This document shows positions 34,501 through 46,900 of a DNA stretch of 64,000 nucleotides, piece after piece; the stretch's first letter is position 1, and each line of letters opens with the position of its first letter. Where the stretch lies: contig CDROCS010000194.1 in assembly GCA_977020255.1 (NCBI GenBank), forward strand, positions 1,178,001-1,242,000, read 5' to 3'. The DNA is from Obrimoposthia wandeli (lineage: Eukaryota). The notes below the pieces were generated by a model that was given only the letters and a program-made list of their open reading frames with translations, did not search any database and had not been told where the DNA came from. Made by a program: the position numbers and the translations under genes.

Positions 34501-36705
34501 CAGCGCCCGGGAAAGTCCGGCCCTCGGGCCGGATCCGGCCCGCGGTGTGGTTTAATCCGGCCCGCGTAAAGTTTTGGATAATGTAATGAAACCACCACTT
34601 TCGTTAGTTTTTCAGAGTTACGTAACAGCCAGTTAATCGTAATTTGTTATGACGTAAGGTTCAATCCTGTACTGTTGACTGCGTCAGTCAGTTAGCAGCT
34701 GTGACTTAAATTCGGAAGTAAACAGGTTCTCAAAAAATTGTACGAAGTGAAGAATTAAAATACATTATTTTCCATTATTTTCAAATAATTTTTACCAATG
34801 TAAAAATGGCATTCAAGAAACGTAAAGTTGACTCTGAAAATCGTGCGTTTAATGAGGACTGGACAAGAGACTATTTTTTTGTGGAGAACAGAGGAAACAT
34901 TGTCTGCCTTATATGCACAGAAACGATCGCTGTTGCCAAAGTAAGCAATGTCAAACGTCATTACATGTCAAAACACTCTTCCAAGTTTGATGAGTGGCAA
35001 GGAGAACAAAGAGCTGTGAAAGTCAAAGAACTGAAGGGAAAGCTGTCATCTCAACAAAATGTGTTTACCATATCAGAAGGAGAATTCAAAAAATCCACAA
35101 AGGCGAGCTACGTAGTTTCAGAGATAATTGCAAAGAGGATGAAACCATTCAGTGACGGAGAGTTTGTGAAAGAGTGTGTGAAAGCAGTTTTTGACTCAAT
35201 GTGCCCAGAGAAAGCTCCTATTTTAAACAGTCTCAGCCTGAGTGCTAGGACAATCGGTACGAGGATCGAGGAATTGTCAAAAAATCTCTCTGACCAGTTG
35301 CACACAGCAGCCTCTCAGTTTAAAGTGTTTTCCTTGGCACTTGACGAGAGCACGGACATTTCAGATACTGCTCAGTTGGCCATTTTCGTGCGAGGTGTTG
35401 ATGATGAGTTCAATATAACTGTGATTCAGCAATGAAGAAAGCGAATTTGAATTATGAAAAACTCGTTGGAATTGCCACAGATGGTGCACCTGCAATGGTC
35501 GGGGAGCAGAAAGGATTTCAAGGCATGTCAAAGAAAGAGCTCCAAACCAGAAACATTCCCCAAACGTTGATATGGTGCCACTGCATCATACACCAAGAAT
35601 CTTTGTGCACGAAGGTCATTGGTTTCCAGGAAATCATGGCTAAAATATTATCAACTGTGAATTTCATCCGTGCTCGGGCACTGAATCATCGCCAATTCAA
35701 AGAACTTTTGGAGGAATTGGCTGCGAATTACAAAGACGTTCTGTACTTTTCTCAAGTGAGATGGCTGAGTAGAGGGCGCACTCTGAAACGGTGTGGGAGC
35801 TGAGAGAAGAAATTACACAGTTCATGGAGTCGAAAGGAAGGCCTCTACTGGAATTCTCCGATGAACAGTGGCTCTGCGACTTTGCCTTCTTGGTCGACAT
35901 TACTGAAAAGTTGAATCAATTGAATGTGTCTATGCAGGGAAAGGACAAACTCGTTCACAATCTCTTTGGTGATATCAAGTCGTTTGAAGTCAAGCTGCTT
36001 CTTTGGAAAGGTCAATTGGAGAACAATGTTTTCGATCATTTCCCTTGTCTGAAAGGTCAGAAAGAATTGAAGCCAGAAGGAGGAAGATACTCCACTGAAA
36101 TCGAAAAACTCACAGCAGAGTTTTCTCGGCGTTTTCAAGAGTTTCGGGCAAACGAAAATGACTTCAAGATCTTCTCAATGCCTTTTTCTGTTGATCCAGT
36201 GACAGTTCCCACGAATCTGCAGTTAGAATTGATTGATCTGCAGAACAATATGGATTTGAGTGCACAATTCTTGTCAAAACCACTAGTCGAGTTCTACAAA
36301 GACTGTGTCTCTGATGAATCTTCTCCGAACCTTCTTCATCATGCAATGAAAACAGTGACGCTGTTCGGCAGCACTTATCTCTGTGAGCAATTCTTTTCCA
36401 AGTTGAAGTACTCAAAATCGAAGAACAGAAACTCTATTTCAGATGAACATTTGGAAAACACTCTGAGAATCGCTTCCTCGGGGATGAAACCAGACATATG
36501 TGCTATTATGAATCAGAAGAAGCAGTTCCATCCTTCCCATTGACAGGAATTGTACAGTTATACGTGAAATACAGTCTTTTTAGCCCTGTCATGTGGTTGT
36601 TTTAGGGATTTTTTATGAACTGTGGTTTTTTTTTCGCATTTCTGGCCCCGAGCGTTCAAAAAATGTACATTTTGGCCCGCCAAATGAAAAGTTTCCCGGG
36701 CACTG
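34501..36705 (+). mobile_element. hAT transposon (SPIN/Charlie/GTF2IRD2-like) nested in the Polinton
   Basis: TIRs CAGCGCCCGGGAAAGT / ACTTTCCCGGGCACTG-like; perfect 8-bp TSD TGTTAAAT at 34493-34500 and 36706-36713. Confidence 0.95.
34806..36543 (+). pseudogene. hAT transposase, with a deletion and two frame breaks
   Basis: CLIC BED finger, SLALDESTD, ATDGAPAM, HCIIHQE, VRWLS, FGSTYLCEQFFS. Confidence 0.93.
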
Positions 36706-36794
36706 TGTTAAATGGTCGAAAAAAATATTTTTTTATTCCTCCAATCAAAAGATTTAATTGTAATTGAATGAAAATTATGAATTAGAAGAATTGT

Positions 36795-37283
36795 TTATCT
36801 ACATGTCAAGTAATAATAAGAAAGACTTAAACATTTTTTATATGCGCAATGGTCACCATGATTACGATATGGACAGCAAATATTTCGTGGAATTTTTAAT
36901 AGATGATCACGTGAAATATTTAAAGTATTCAACCTCAATTTGGGAAAATACTTTTTTAAAGTCATATACTTTTTGTCATCCATTTCATCTAAAACATAAA
37001 AAATTCCATTTTCAATATCAAAATTAGATGTTATTTTATCGAAAATACATATTTCACAAAAAGCCTTATGTCCTTCTTTCCATTTTAATAAATGAAAATA
37101 ATTAGTTAGATATAAATTAGTAAATTTTTTCTTATAATCTAAATTTCTAAATGGGATATCTATTTGAAATATGAAATGCAAAGGATTGAAAACGTCGCAT
37201 ACATCCATAATACATAATTCTTTTATAATATAATCCCCATTTTTGTTAATGAAAGCCTCAAAATCTAATATATATTCCTGCAT
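36795..37283 (-). CDS. Polinton accessory ORF, DnaQ/DEDD exonuclease-like N-terminus and Cys/His-rich C-terminus
   Basis: ILDFEAF...IIKELCI, HLLKW.EG, CCPYRNHGDHCAYKKC; open 162-aa frame. Confidence 0.65.
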   Translation of the reverse strand: MQEYILDFEAFINKNGDYIIKELCIMDVCDVFNPLHFIFQIDIPFRNLDYKKKFTNLYLTNYFHLLKWKEGHKAFCEICIFDKITSNFDIENGIFYVLDEMDDKKYMTLKKYFPKLRLNTLNISRDHLLKIPRNICCPYRNHGDHCAYKKCLSLSYYYLTCR

Positions 37284-37859
37284 AATTATCTAAATTTGCA
37301 GCAAATCCCGTTGTTTATAACGAAGTACTTTCATGTTAAGATTGGTATATTTTGTCAATTATCCTATGTAACATAATCAATAAAGACAAAATAATAATCA
37401 AAATTTTATTTTTTTTTGTAGAAGGATCCTCTTCCGGTTTAATCTGGAGGATTCTCTTTCTTGATGCTCGCCGAACATCCTCCATCTCTTCTATTTTTTT
37501 TTCATCCACCTTCCTTTTTTTCAATTCGATCTTCTTATTCCATTACACGATTGGTTGAGGACCCTCTTTCTTAAGTCCCCTTTATTCTCATTTATTCTGA
37601 TGTTTGCTTCAATCTTCGTCACCAGACTCTTCATTTTAATGAATTCCATTTTTTAATTATGAAGAGGTTAATAAATTTGAACCTATATATATAAATTTAA
37701 GATATTTTTTAATCCAATTAAATGATATATTTTTATTTATCAAATGAGTGTTTAATAAATCTATAACTTATCATTGCAAATAAACTTAAAGATAGTATTT
37801 CTACATTTAAAAAAATAAATATTAAGAAGAAAACATATGAAACTAATGTTTATAAATTA

Positions 37860-39650
37860 TATTTTTAAACATCTTTACGAAGTCATCATTGGGATCATTC
37901 GGGTCGTAATCCCTCCGACTAAGTATTATAGGAGAAAGCGGTACTGGTTCCTTCTTCTTTGGCCGGCCCGGTTTCTTTTTCGGCTTCACCGGTTGCTTTG
38001 TAGCAATAGTTGCCGCAACATTTTGGGAGGAGGTGCAGCCGATGTTGATGGCCCTGTCATATAAGTGCTCTTCCTCTTCTGCGGAGCTTTCTTCTGTTTC
38101 TCCTCCTTCTCACTTTGAAGCTGGCGTGAGACGGCATCCTGTTGCCCTCGCGAATCTGGAAGCATTGCCGGTGTATCCAGTTCCGCTAGGAATTCATCCA
38201 ATCCAGCTTCATCCCAGGCCCTCTTTAAGTTCTGGCTGGTTGTTGGACGAGGAGAAGCCGGTGATTCTCCTGCAGGCGTCGTTGACTTGATGGCGGACTA
38301 ATCTCGATCGGTGAGACTGGGATCCTCTCGTATAAAATTGGACCGTCGTCCACTGGAGATGGGAGAATCTCCTGCCGTCCAATCACCGCCTCAGAATAAT
38401 GGCCAAGTGAGGTGCTACATTTTCTCGAGCGCCTCGTCTTCTTCACCTCTGCCCTCTTCGTCCGTTTTCGCGAGAAAGAAGTAATTTCTCCCCAAGTCTC
38501 CTCAAATATCTGGACGGGTTCCTGCAAAAATATTAATAAAATTTAAACATATAAATACTTTACCTCAATGATGGCCAGGTTAGCCTGTTTCACCAACTTG
38601 GCCTTCTTCCGAGTGAGGGTTTTGACCCGATGGCGTTGCGGTTTCTTAACTGCTGCTTGCTTCCTATCCACCGGTTGAATAGGCGTCGCCTCTTCGAGAA
38701 TGTTCTCCATCTATGTGAATTATTAAATTTAATATCTAAATAATTTACCTTAAAATTATCTGGAGACGTTAGGTATCGGAGCTGACACCTTGGCAGCTCC
38801 TGGCTGCATTGACTCGCCAAGTACTGCGGTTCAATCAGCCTCTCCGTCATGGTCACTGACGGTGCCAAATCCAGTTGAAGTTTCTGAAAATGAAATTAAA
38901 AAACATTTAAAATAAATGATGTCTAACCTCATTCGTCGCTTTTATTCTCCTAACAGGAGATTTCGATCTTTTGAATGGTTCAGGCGTTGTATTAACTGCT
39001 TTCAGAGTAGTAGAGGGAGTGAGACCATCCCAATCGTCGGTGAACAGGTGCTACTCGTCCTCGTCCAATTCTGCAACCATCGAATCGTTGGCTCCTTGGG
39101 CTCCGATACTTGGCTGTATCCATTCGTCAATGAATGGAGTCAAGTCCTCCTCCCCATCCGACGGAACGTCATCGGTGAATAGCTCCTCGTCTGAGTCTGG
39201 TGCGAAGACTTTCCCCGGTTGAGACAGCGGGATCAATTTCCAGTGGCATTTGATTGCCGCCTCAAAATTCTGGAAGAGATTGGATCTCCTTGCTGCTACT
39301 ACTGAAGTTGCCGGGCGATTGGGTTTTGTGTTTTGTCTGAGAGTACAGTCTTCCCAATTCTCAATCGAATCCTGACTAGTCAGGTCAATATATTTGGATC
39401 TCTGTACCCCGCCTCTCACGTCCATTGGTTCTTCTCTTGGAGTTGAGCTGGCCAATGAGGCTTCTTCTTCCAACAGGTTCGCTCTTGCTGCTGCTTCTCC
39501 TTCGCTCACCACTGATGAGTCTTGACTATCTAAGTCAATGTATTGCGACGGTGGTGGCGTTCGCTGCTGCACTGGAGAGAGATCCCCATATAGTTGAACC
39601 TCCGTCTCTTCGTCTACGTCAACGTTGTTGTAGAATGGCATTGTTGATTT
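37860..39650 (-). pseudogene. Multi-exon low-complexity orphan gene(s) of the Polinton right arm
   Basis: GC-richer exons separated by AT-rich GT-AG introns at 38884-38927, 38711-38748 and 38522-38563; frames broken by stops. Confidence 0.6.
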
Positions 39651-39949
39651 ATGAAAAATAATGAACGGAGGTGTCTTTATAAACACAAACATCTTACTAA
39701 CCCTCTTTTATTGTCCAATGAGAGCCTCTTATTCAAATAATTTATTTTTTGTAATGTTTTTTGTGCCTGGAGATCAAGAATGAAGCCCCAAGGGGCGGGT
39801 GGTGTATGTTAGGGTCTTGGGTATGACACGGGTCGTTTACATGTGTAGTTGTGAGAGGTAAAGTGATACTGTAACGCATGTATTTGTAGTTATTTTCGTG
39901 AGAATAGAGCCCGCCACGAAGGGGCGTGTGGTGGTCGTGGGTGTTTCTG

Positions 39950-40811
39950 TCCAACACCCATCGACTTTCACCCAACACCCGTCGACTTTCACCCATCACC
40001 CGTCGACTTTCACCCATCACCCGTCGACTTTCACCCATCGCCCGTCGACTTTCACCCATCACCCGTCGACTTTCACCCATCGCCCAAGGAAGTCTGTGAT
40101 ATACAGCAGTCCGAGACATTCGCCCATCGCCCAAGGAAGTCTGTGATATACACCAGACCGAGACTTTCACCCATCGCCCAAGGACGTCTATGATATACAG
40201 CAGTCCGAGACTTTCGCCCATCACCCAAGGTAGTCTGTGATATACAGCAGTCCGAGACATTTGCCCATCACCCAAGGTAGTTAGTGATATACAGCAGTCC
40301 GAGACATTCGCCCATCACCCAAGGAAGTCTGATATACACCAGAGCGAGACATTCGCCCATCACCCAAGGAAGTCTGTGATATACAGCAGTCCGAGACTTT
40401 CGCCCATCACCCAAGGTAGTCTGTGATATACACCAGAGCGAGACATTCGCCCATCACTCAAGGTAGTTAGTGATATACACCAGAGCGAGACATTCGCCCA
40501 TCACCCAAGGTAGTTAGTGATATACACCAGAGCGAGACATTCGCCCATCACCCAAGGTAGTTAGTGATATACACCAGAGCGAGACATTCACCCATCACCC
40601 GAGGTAGTTAGTGATATACACGAGTCCCGAGCCTTTCGCGCCGAGAGGCGCAAAAAAAAAGTTTGGGACCCCCCTGTCCTTTAAAACCGTGCATGTGTGT
40701 GTAGTGAAATTTCACTCCACACAAATACACGAAATTTCACTACACACACATGCACGGTTTTAAATGACGGAGGGGAGGGGGTGTGGATTAGACCGGACAC
40801 ATCCACCTACT
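39950..40811 (-). repeat. Right TIR: 6 x 21-bp units (39950-40075), ~12 x 47-bp units (~40076-40620), hairpin (40675-40770) and terminus
   Basis: CCCATCACCCGTCGACTTTCA repeats; GATATAC-containing 47-mers; reverse complement of the left TIR. Confidence 0.95.
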
Positions 40812-40949
40812 TATATATATATATATTCAATAAATTCTTATTTTGTTGATTCAGCTCCTAAATTTTTTTTATGAGAAATAAAGATATATCGGTATACTGG
40901 ATTTGGAAAGATATAAATGGACTAGCTCCCCCAGGTAATTTTACGAAGA

Positions 40950-41900
40950 TTTTTACCGGTACAATTGGAATCAGGAGCTTAGTTCAATCTGCAACACCGA
41001 GAAATCTCTAAGTCATTGGAACTAAACCGGAAAAGAAGTCAGTTGAAGACTACTGACTATTGTAGCGAATTTATTTTGACTAACTTACTTTCAAATTCAA
41101 TCTTGTTAGATAAAAGCGACATATAAAAAGTCAACAATAATATTAAAGAGAAACAAAATATAGTTTTTATTAAAAAACATTTGAATATTGAAAGGAGATT
41201 TTAAAACATACTTTAAAATAAACAAATGTAGACTTTGACAACTGGAATTAAGCAAATTATCAACAACCACGGGCCTAAATTTCTTATTTATGCTGATGAC
41301 ATTCAAATGTACATTGGTTTGAATTCGAAGAAAGTTTTCAAACATTTGCTAAATTCGAAAATCGTAAAAATTAAATTTAAATTCGGCAAAAAAAGATTAC
41401 AGAAATTAAATAAAAGTAAAATTGAATGTATCTCCCAGAAAGTAAAGAATATTATAAATTACGTTTCAGTTGTTAATCATAATATATATATGAAAGAACC
41501 GATTAAGATATTTGGCATGAAAATTTAACAATGAAAAATAAAATTAACAATTCATTATTTTTTCAAATTAGATGACACATTAATTTCCAGTTAATAAAAA
41601 ACTACATTGACTATCTATAGATGCAAGGATAGAATATAAAGTTCTCATACTAATCCACAAATAATTTTAATTTAGAGTCTCGGTACTTAAGCAAAATATT
41701 ATTGATAAAACTTCAAATGAAAAACAAATCGGTTGGCACTTCATATGAGAAATTGCAAGAACATTGATATCTACAATGGACCTTTGAAAACGTTCCTGTA
41801 CAAGAATATTGATGTTGATGAATAATTTAAAAAAGTAAACACAGTTAAGCACATTGAATATTTTTTACCAGCCAGATTCTAGTGCAATATTAAATAATAA
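40950..41900 (+). mobile_element. Non-LTR (CR1/L2-like) reverse transcriptase remnant
   Basis: IINNHGPKFLIYADDIQMY in ORF 41235..41528. Confidence 0.6.
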
Positions 41901-43578
41901 ATGTTTAAAAATTATTCAGAAAATTCAAAATGTTGTATCATATTTTAACAAATGCGCAAGGGCTACTAACAAATGCACTACTAAAATTCTAAGAAAAATA
42001 TCTTTGCTGAATGGGATATAAATTGCACCCAAGTTTTGTGAGTTTTGAGGGAAAGTTGACATACGGAATGTCTCCACCGTCCCAAGAGTGGGTTTATCTT
42101 CCAGTAAGTTGCTTTCTTAATTTGCCAATTTAGCAGGGTTTGCGGTGTGAAAGGTGGCTCCGATGACAAGAAGTTCTTATTCATCGATGCACAACTAAGC
42201 GGCAAAAGCAATCAAAACTGCAGTAGCACTTGTTGTACCTCTTGTGTGTGGGGGATTATTGTGACGTGTGGCTGATTAATTGCCCCCACCAGATCTACGC
42301 CAGACAATACCATTATCTGCCTGACTCCTTGCCGTAATTCCCAGCACTGGTGATGCCGGGAAGACGGCAATCTGATTAATTCAGATCCGAACCATTTAAT
42401 TGCCCCTGCACTTTTGGGAGTGCCGTGGAAATTTCTAATTGAATTTTCTTACCTCGACAATTGCCAAATTTGATGCTGCTACGTGTTTTAAATGGCTTTA
42501 TTTACAAACTTAAATTAGTTTCGAATTGGTGCGATGCACTTTGGGCATTTTGAATCAATAATTTTAATATTTCTCGAATTTCTTCCCTTAAATAATTGCA
42601 GATTTGCCTTGATTGATTTTTTATCAATTCTATGCCCGTTTCGCTACGTCAAAGAGTATTTGGTTTCTTTCTAAAGATGACAGAGGTATGTATATCATTG
42701 TGTGGGTAACCAGTGACAAGTGGGAACACAAACATGAGAAGATATTAGTACAGTAGACCATTGATACAGTCAAATTTGTCAATATGATATTATTGTTGAA
42801 ATTCGCTTTTTGTCATAATTTTAGTGCAAATTATTCACACTGTTTTCTAAACAAAATGTATTATTCCCGATATATTTTGAATTACCTCTTAAAAGTCTAA
42901 TATTAAATTGATTAATTTAAACAAAAAGTAATTATATTTTAAATATATTTCTAGGTTTTATAAGTTGTTAAAGGATTTTTGCGTTTATTTTTGAGCTCAA
43001 CAGATAGTTCACCTTTGGTTTATGATATTTATGTTATATGATAACAGCAGGTTTTCGGAAGGGAATGCTTCAGAAAGGAAAATGCTGCTTTTTTGAATTA
43101 TTGCACTGCAAGATTTGGTTGAAAATTCGATTTTCTTCAAAAGAGTTCCTCTTTTTTAGATTCAATTTTATTTGACTTGGTTGCAACTATATAAATACTT
43201 GATTTAATATAGAAGTTTTTAGGAAACATAAGAACGTAGAATCGACATAATTTTCAAAATAATATATTATCTGATGATTTAGAAACTTATATGTATATAC
43301 CAAAGAAATTTTCTAAATAATTTTTATTGACTGTTAACCACTTTTATTCATTATTGGCACCTATCCAAATATATTTGTTTTTCATCGAATCTTTTTCATG
43401 AGCATTTTTTGCAAAATAAAATTGGAAAAGATCTAAAAAATGTTTTTGACATTAAAATGATAAATTAAAAATTAAACAAAATAAAATCCATTAGAACAGA
43501 TTTATAATCAGCTTATTAAAATAAAATTTAAAAATATATAAATTAACTTATTTAAATAACATTTGTTTCAAAATCTAT

Positions 43579-43760
43579 TTAACCCTTAATATACCAGGAA
43601 AAAAATATTAATTTGTTTACCACTGGATCGTTTTGACCCCGATTAAAATATTTGCATTTTAATTATAATAATAAACTTTTTAGACTATATTTTTGGAGAT
43701 TAAATTAAAAATAGAATTTAATTTTCTTGGGGTCAAAAATGATCCCAGTGGTAATCGTTA
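43579..43760. mobile_element. piggyBac-like non-autonomous end remnant
   Basis: TTAA-CCCTT at 43579; inverted pair TTACCACTGGATCGTTTTGACCCC / GGGGTCAAAAATGATCCCAGTGGTAA; no matching distal end seen. Confidence 0.45.
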
Positions 43761-44736
43761 CATATTTTAAAATGATTCACAAATTAAATTCCCATCAAAA
43801 CAAAAATATTTGAAATAAAACAAAACTTTGAAATTGGGTCAATGCTAAAATGTTGATTTGTTTTGATGTCAAATGATTGTTTCAATTTAAAAAGTATTTA
43901 GTTTTTGTTTTATATATATATTTTACCTTCGAACTATTTCACAAATTTAAAAAAGAAGCGGAATTAAAAAATAAAAATGTAATTTCAATAAATACATACT
44001 TAAACTTACGTAAATTAATTTAAAATTTGGAAATAATATCCTAATATTTAAGAGAAGTGGAGCAAGTAGCAGTTTCTATCGAAATAATAAAATATCACAA
44101 ACCGCTTAAAAGTGATGCAATTGGTTCAGTGAACATTTAAGGTATAAGTATCTATATTTTAGACATCGATTTGTTAAAATAAAAAGTAAAGACCAAGCTC
44201 TGGAAAGAATCGAATTGATGAATGTTTATTAGCTAATCCACACAAATTGTTCTTACGGTTGTTTTTGTTATCATATGTTTTAATTGGTGTACCCCATAAA
44301 AATGTATCAATTCAAAATCTGAATTAGAATCACCAAAGTCGGGTATTCGACATGATAAACTGAATATTCACCTTACTAAAACTAATTAAAAAGTCAATTA
44401 TGATTATAACAATTTTAACGTAAGAATACTGAAAATTTATAAAATTTTAAAAAATACTTCCAAAAGTTTGCCGAATCTGAAAATGGCAAAAATGATTGCA
44501 TTCTTATTTTTTCAAATTTTCTAATGAAATTGTAAACTTAAATGACTTTTATTTTCCAAAAGTTACCAATATGTATGAAAATCAAAAATAGGTTATAATA
44601 ATTACATGATTTATCACTGAAAAGAGCTTCCTGTTTTTCATTTTTTTTCGTAATATTTTCTGAATAGTAAGGTCTTCAGCTGCTTCTTGATTTTTTTAAA
44701 ATATTCTTACAGTTACTTATATTGATTGGTAAACTG

Positions 44737-45340
44737 TTATAAAGGATTCTGATGGTTATTTGAGAATTTCATAACTAATATGCAGTCATCAATGTTGCTC
44801 CTAAGATCATATAAATATCTGAACTTTTGTGAAAGAATAGATTTCTTGATAATATGCAGGATCTTGAATTCAATTCTGACATTGATCGGCAGCCAATGGA
44901 GCTTCAATAAATGTACACTTGCACCTGCCTTTTCTTTAGTTTGAATATTGTTCTGCTTAACATTTTCTGTAAACGATTTCATTTATAAACTGGAACCTTA
45001 AACAACCACGAATTCTGAAAATCGATACTTGAACATTGTAGTTATCTCAGTAGTAAGGTATTTTCTTATTAATTTGAAAATGCATTGTAATGTTTTCATA
45101 TAGGATGCAACAAAGTATCGTTATTATACTTTGTAAATGAAAAATATTTTCATTTACATATATGAAACTTCTTTCTTTGAAACAGTTTATATTATTCTTA
45201 TTTCCAAATAATATAGCCTGGGTTGTATTTTCATTCATCTTCAATTGTCTTCTTTTCATCCTTATAGCTATTGGATTTTCCATTTCATAAAATATGGTTA
45301 GAATCAAAAAGAACATAAAATTTTGTGTCATCATAGGGTG
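44737..45340 (-). mobile_element. L2/CR1-like LINE 3' remnant
   Basis: LLKLHWLPINVRIEFKILHII motif. Confidence 0.65.
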
Positions 45341-46399
45341 GAATTGAATGTTATATTGAATGTCGAATGATAACTTTTATAAGCTGTTTGGTAAATAAGA
45401 AGTGAATTATTAATATATTAGTTATTAAATAACAGTGTCTAAACCTGCGATCGAAATGAGACGCGTGAAAACTGCCTGAAAGTTTACCAGTATCTATCTA
45501 TAGGTAAAATTTCATTAAATTTGAAAATACCACTTTCTTTTCACGCGAGTCAATAATGTACTTTTCTAAACATGGGTCGTGACTACCCTCAATTATATTG
45601 TAACAGAGACCCTCGCTTGCTAAAATCCTCTGTACATATCTTAAAATTTTCACCGAAATTGATCTGATCTGTCAAAGCCGAGAATGTGGAACAGAAAGTT
45701 AAACCACCAAACTCTTTGATAAATAGTTTAAAAACAAGAAAAAAATTTTCTAGTGCCCTTAATAATTTTATTTTTCATCTGTTCTTCTGGGAAAGTTGTG
45801 CTTTGTCTCACAAGTCTGGGAACAGCCAAATATGCATATATATAATCGATGAATCTTTCCCGTCAATTAGTAATTTCAGTGCAGTAGCCCAGCTTCTATT
45901 CACTAGCATCTTTGTGCAAGGCTGATAATCAGGATTCTCATCCGAGACTTTTTCTCCCATTGTCCAGTATCCCTTCCTCCCGCCTGCACACACAAACTCA
46001 CGAAATTCTTCAGCAATGTCCCAAGCAGCGAACTGCGATTATTCACAAATTAGATTTGCATATGCTGCTGACTGATATAAGTAACATACATTTCCATTTG
46101 TTCACAGCCCACATTTATTTCAGCATCATCTACTTTTATATAGTCAAACCCATCAAACTGAATCGCCTAAATACAAAAAATAATCTCGATAAAACTTAAA
46201 TAAAACATGCGTATATTTATTGCGTATCATTTTAATTATAGCTTATATTTATAACTGTACAAAAGTAATTAGTAAATTTAAATATATCAAAAATTCTATA
46301 TTCTTTAGTTGTTTAAAAACTATAAGATACTTTGAATTTGCGATTGTAAGTAATCAATTGTTGTTAATTTTGATATGATTATTGCTTAGTATCTCAATA

Positions 46400-46900
46400 G
46401 AATTAGAAAAGCCGAAGAATCGTTATTTAATATTAAAAGAAAGAATACAAATTGATGATTTACACAAAAATAAATCAAATAAAGTTTGTATAGCCAATGC
46501 GCTCTGTCGGTGTAGACGTGTGATCGAGAATTGTTTTAAACGCTCTGCATCGAATGGGCAATCAATAAAATTAACTTGTTGTAAGATTGGCACTAAGTAC
46601 ACCAATCATCAGATACTAATTGTACTATCTGCCTATGCTGATGTTTATCCATTCCATGGATTTGCTCATCATTTATGGAAGGCTTGTCAGATTTCTTTCC
46701 ATTATGATCTGTTGCGGTTTCCATAAATTGACAACATATTTCTAAGAGTATTTTCACTAAAAATATAATTCCATTGACTTCTTTAGAGCCCCGACAAATG
46801 TCATCGATTCATACTTTGATATTATTATGTCAGGACCATAGTGTATCACTTCTTAGGGAAGCCTCTGGTGTGTGAGTTCTTAAGAGGTATAGGACTGTGT
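46400..46900 (+). mobile_element. Tc3-like transposase N-terminal remnant
   Basis: ERIQIDDLHK...IANALCRCRRVIEN.FK resembles the Tc3 HTH. Confidence 0.5.

Larger units (their letters stand above)
21024..40811 (+). mobile_element. Polinton/Maverick element, ~19.8 kb including two nested insertions
   Basis: Inverted termini AGTAGGTGGATGTGTCC.GTCTAATCCACACCCC / ...GGACACATCCACCTACT; full core gene set (ATPase, INT, mCP, PW, MCP, PRO, pPolB); flanks are TA-rich and the TSD is ambiguous (TATATA plus one extra A on the left). Confidence 0.97.

Noticed and set aside
39742-40275. ORFs 39742..40275 (-) and 39898..40146 (+)
   Set aside because: They are translations of the 21-bp and 47-bp TIR repeats.
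42050-42500. GC-richer islands at ~42050-42500, ~45600-46100, ~47200-47600 and ~60700-61000
   Set aside because: No continuous frame, splice pattern or recognisable motif.
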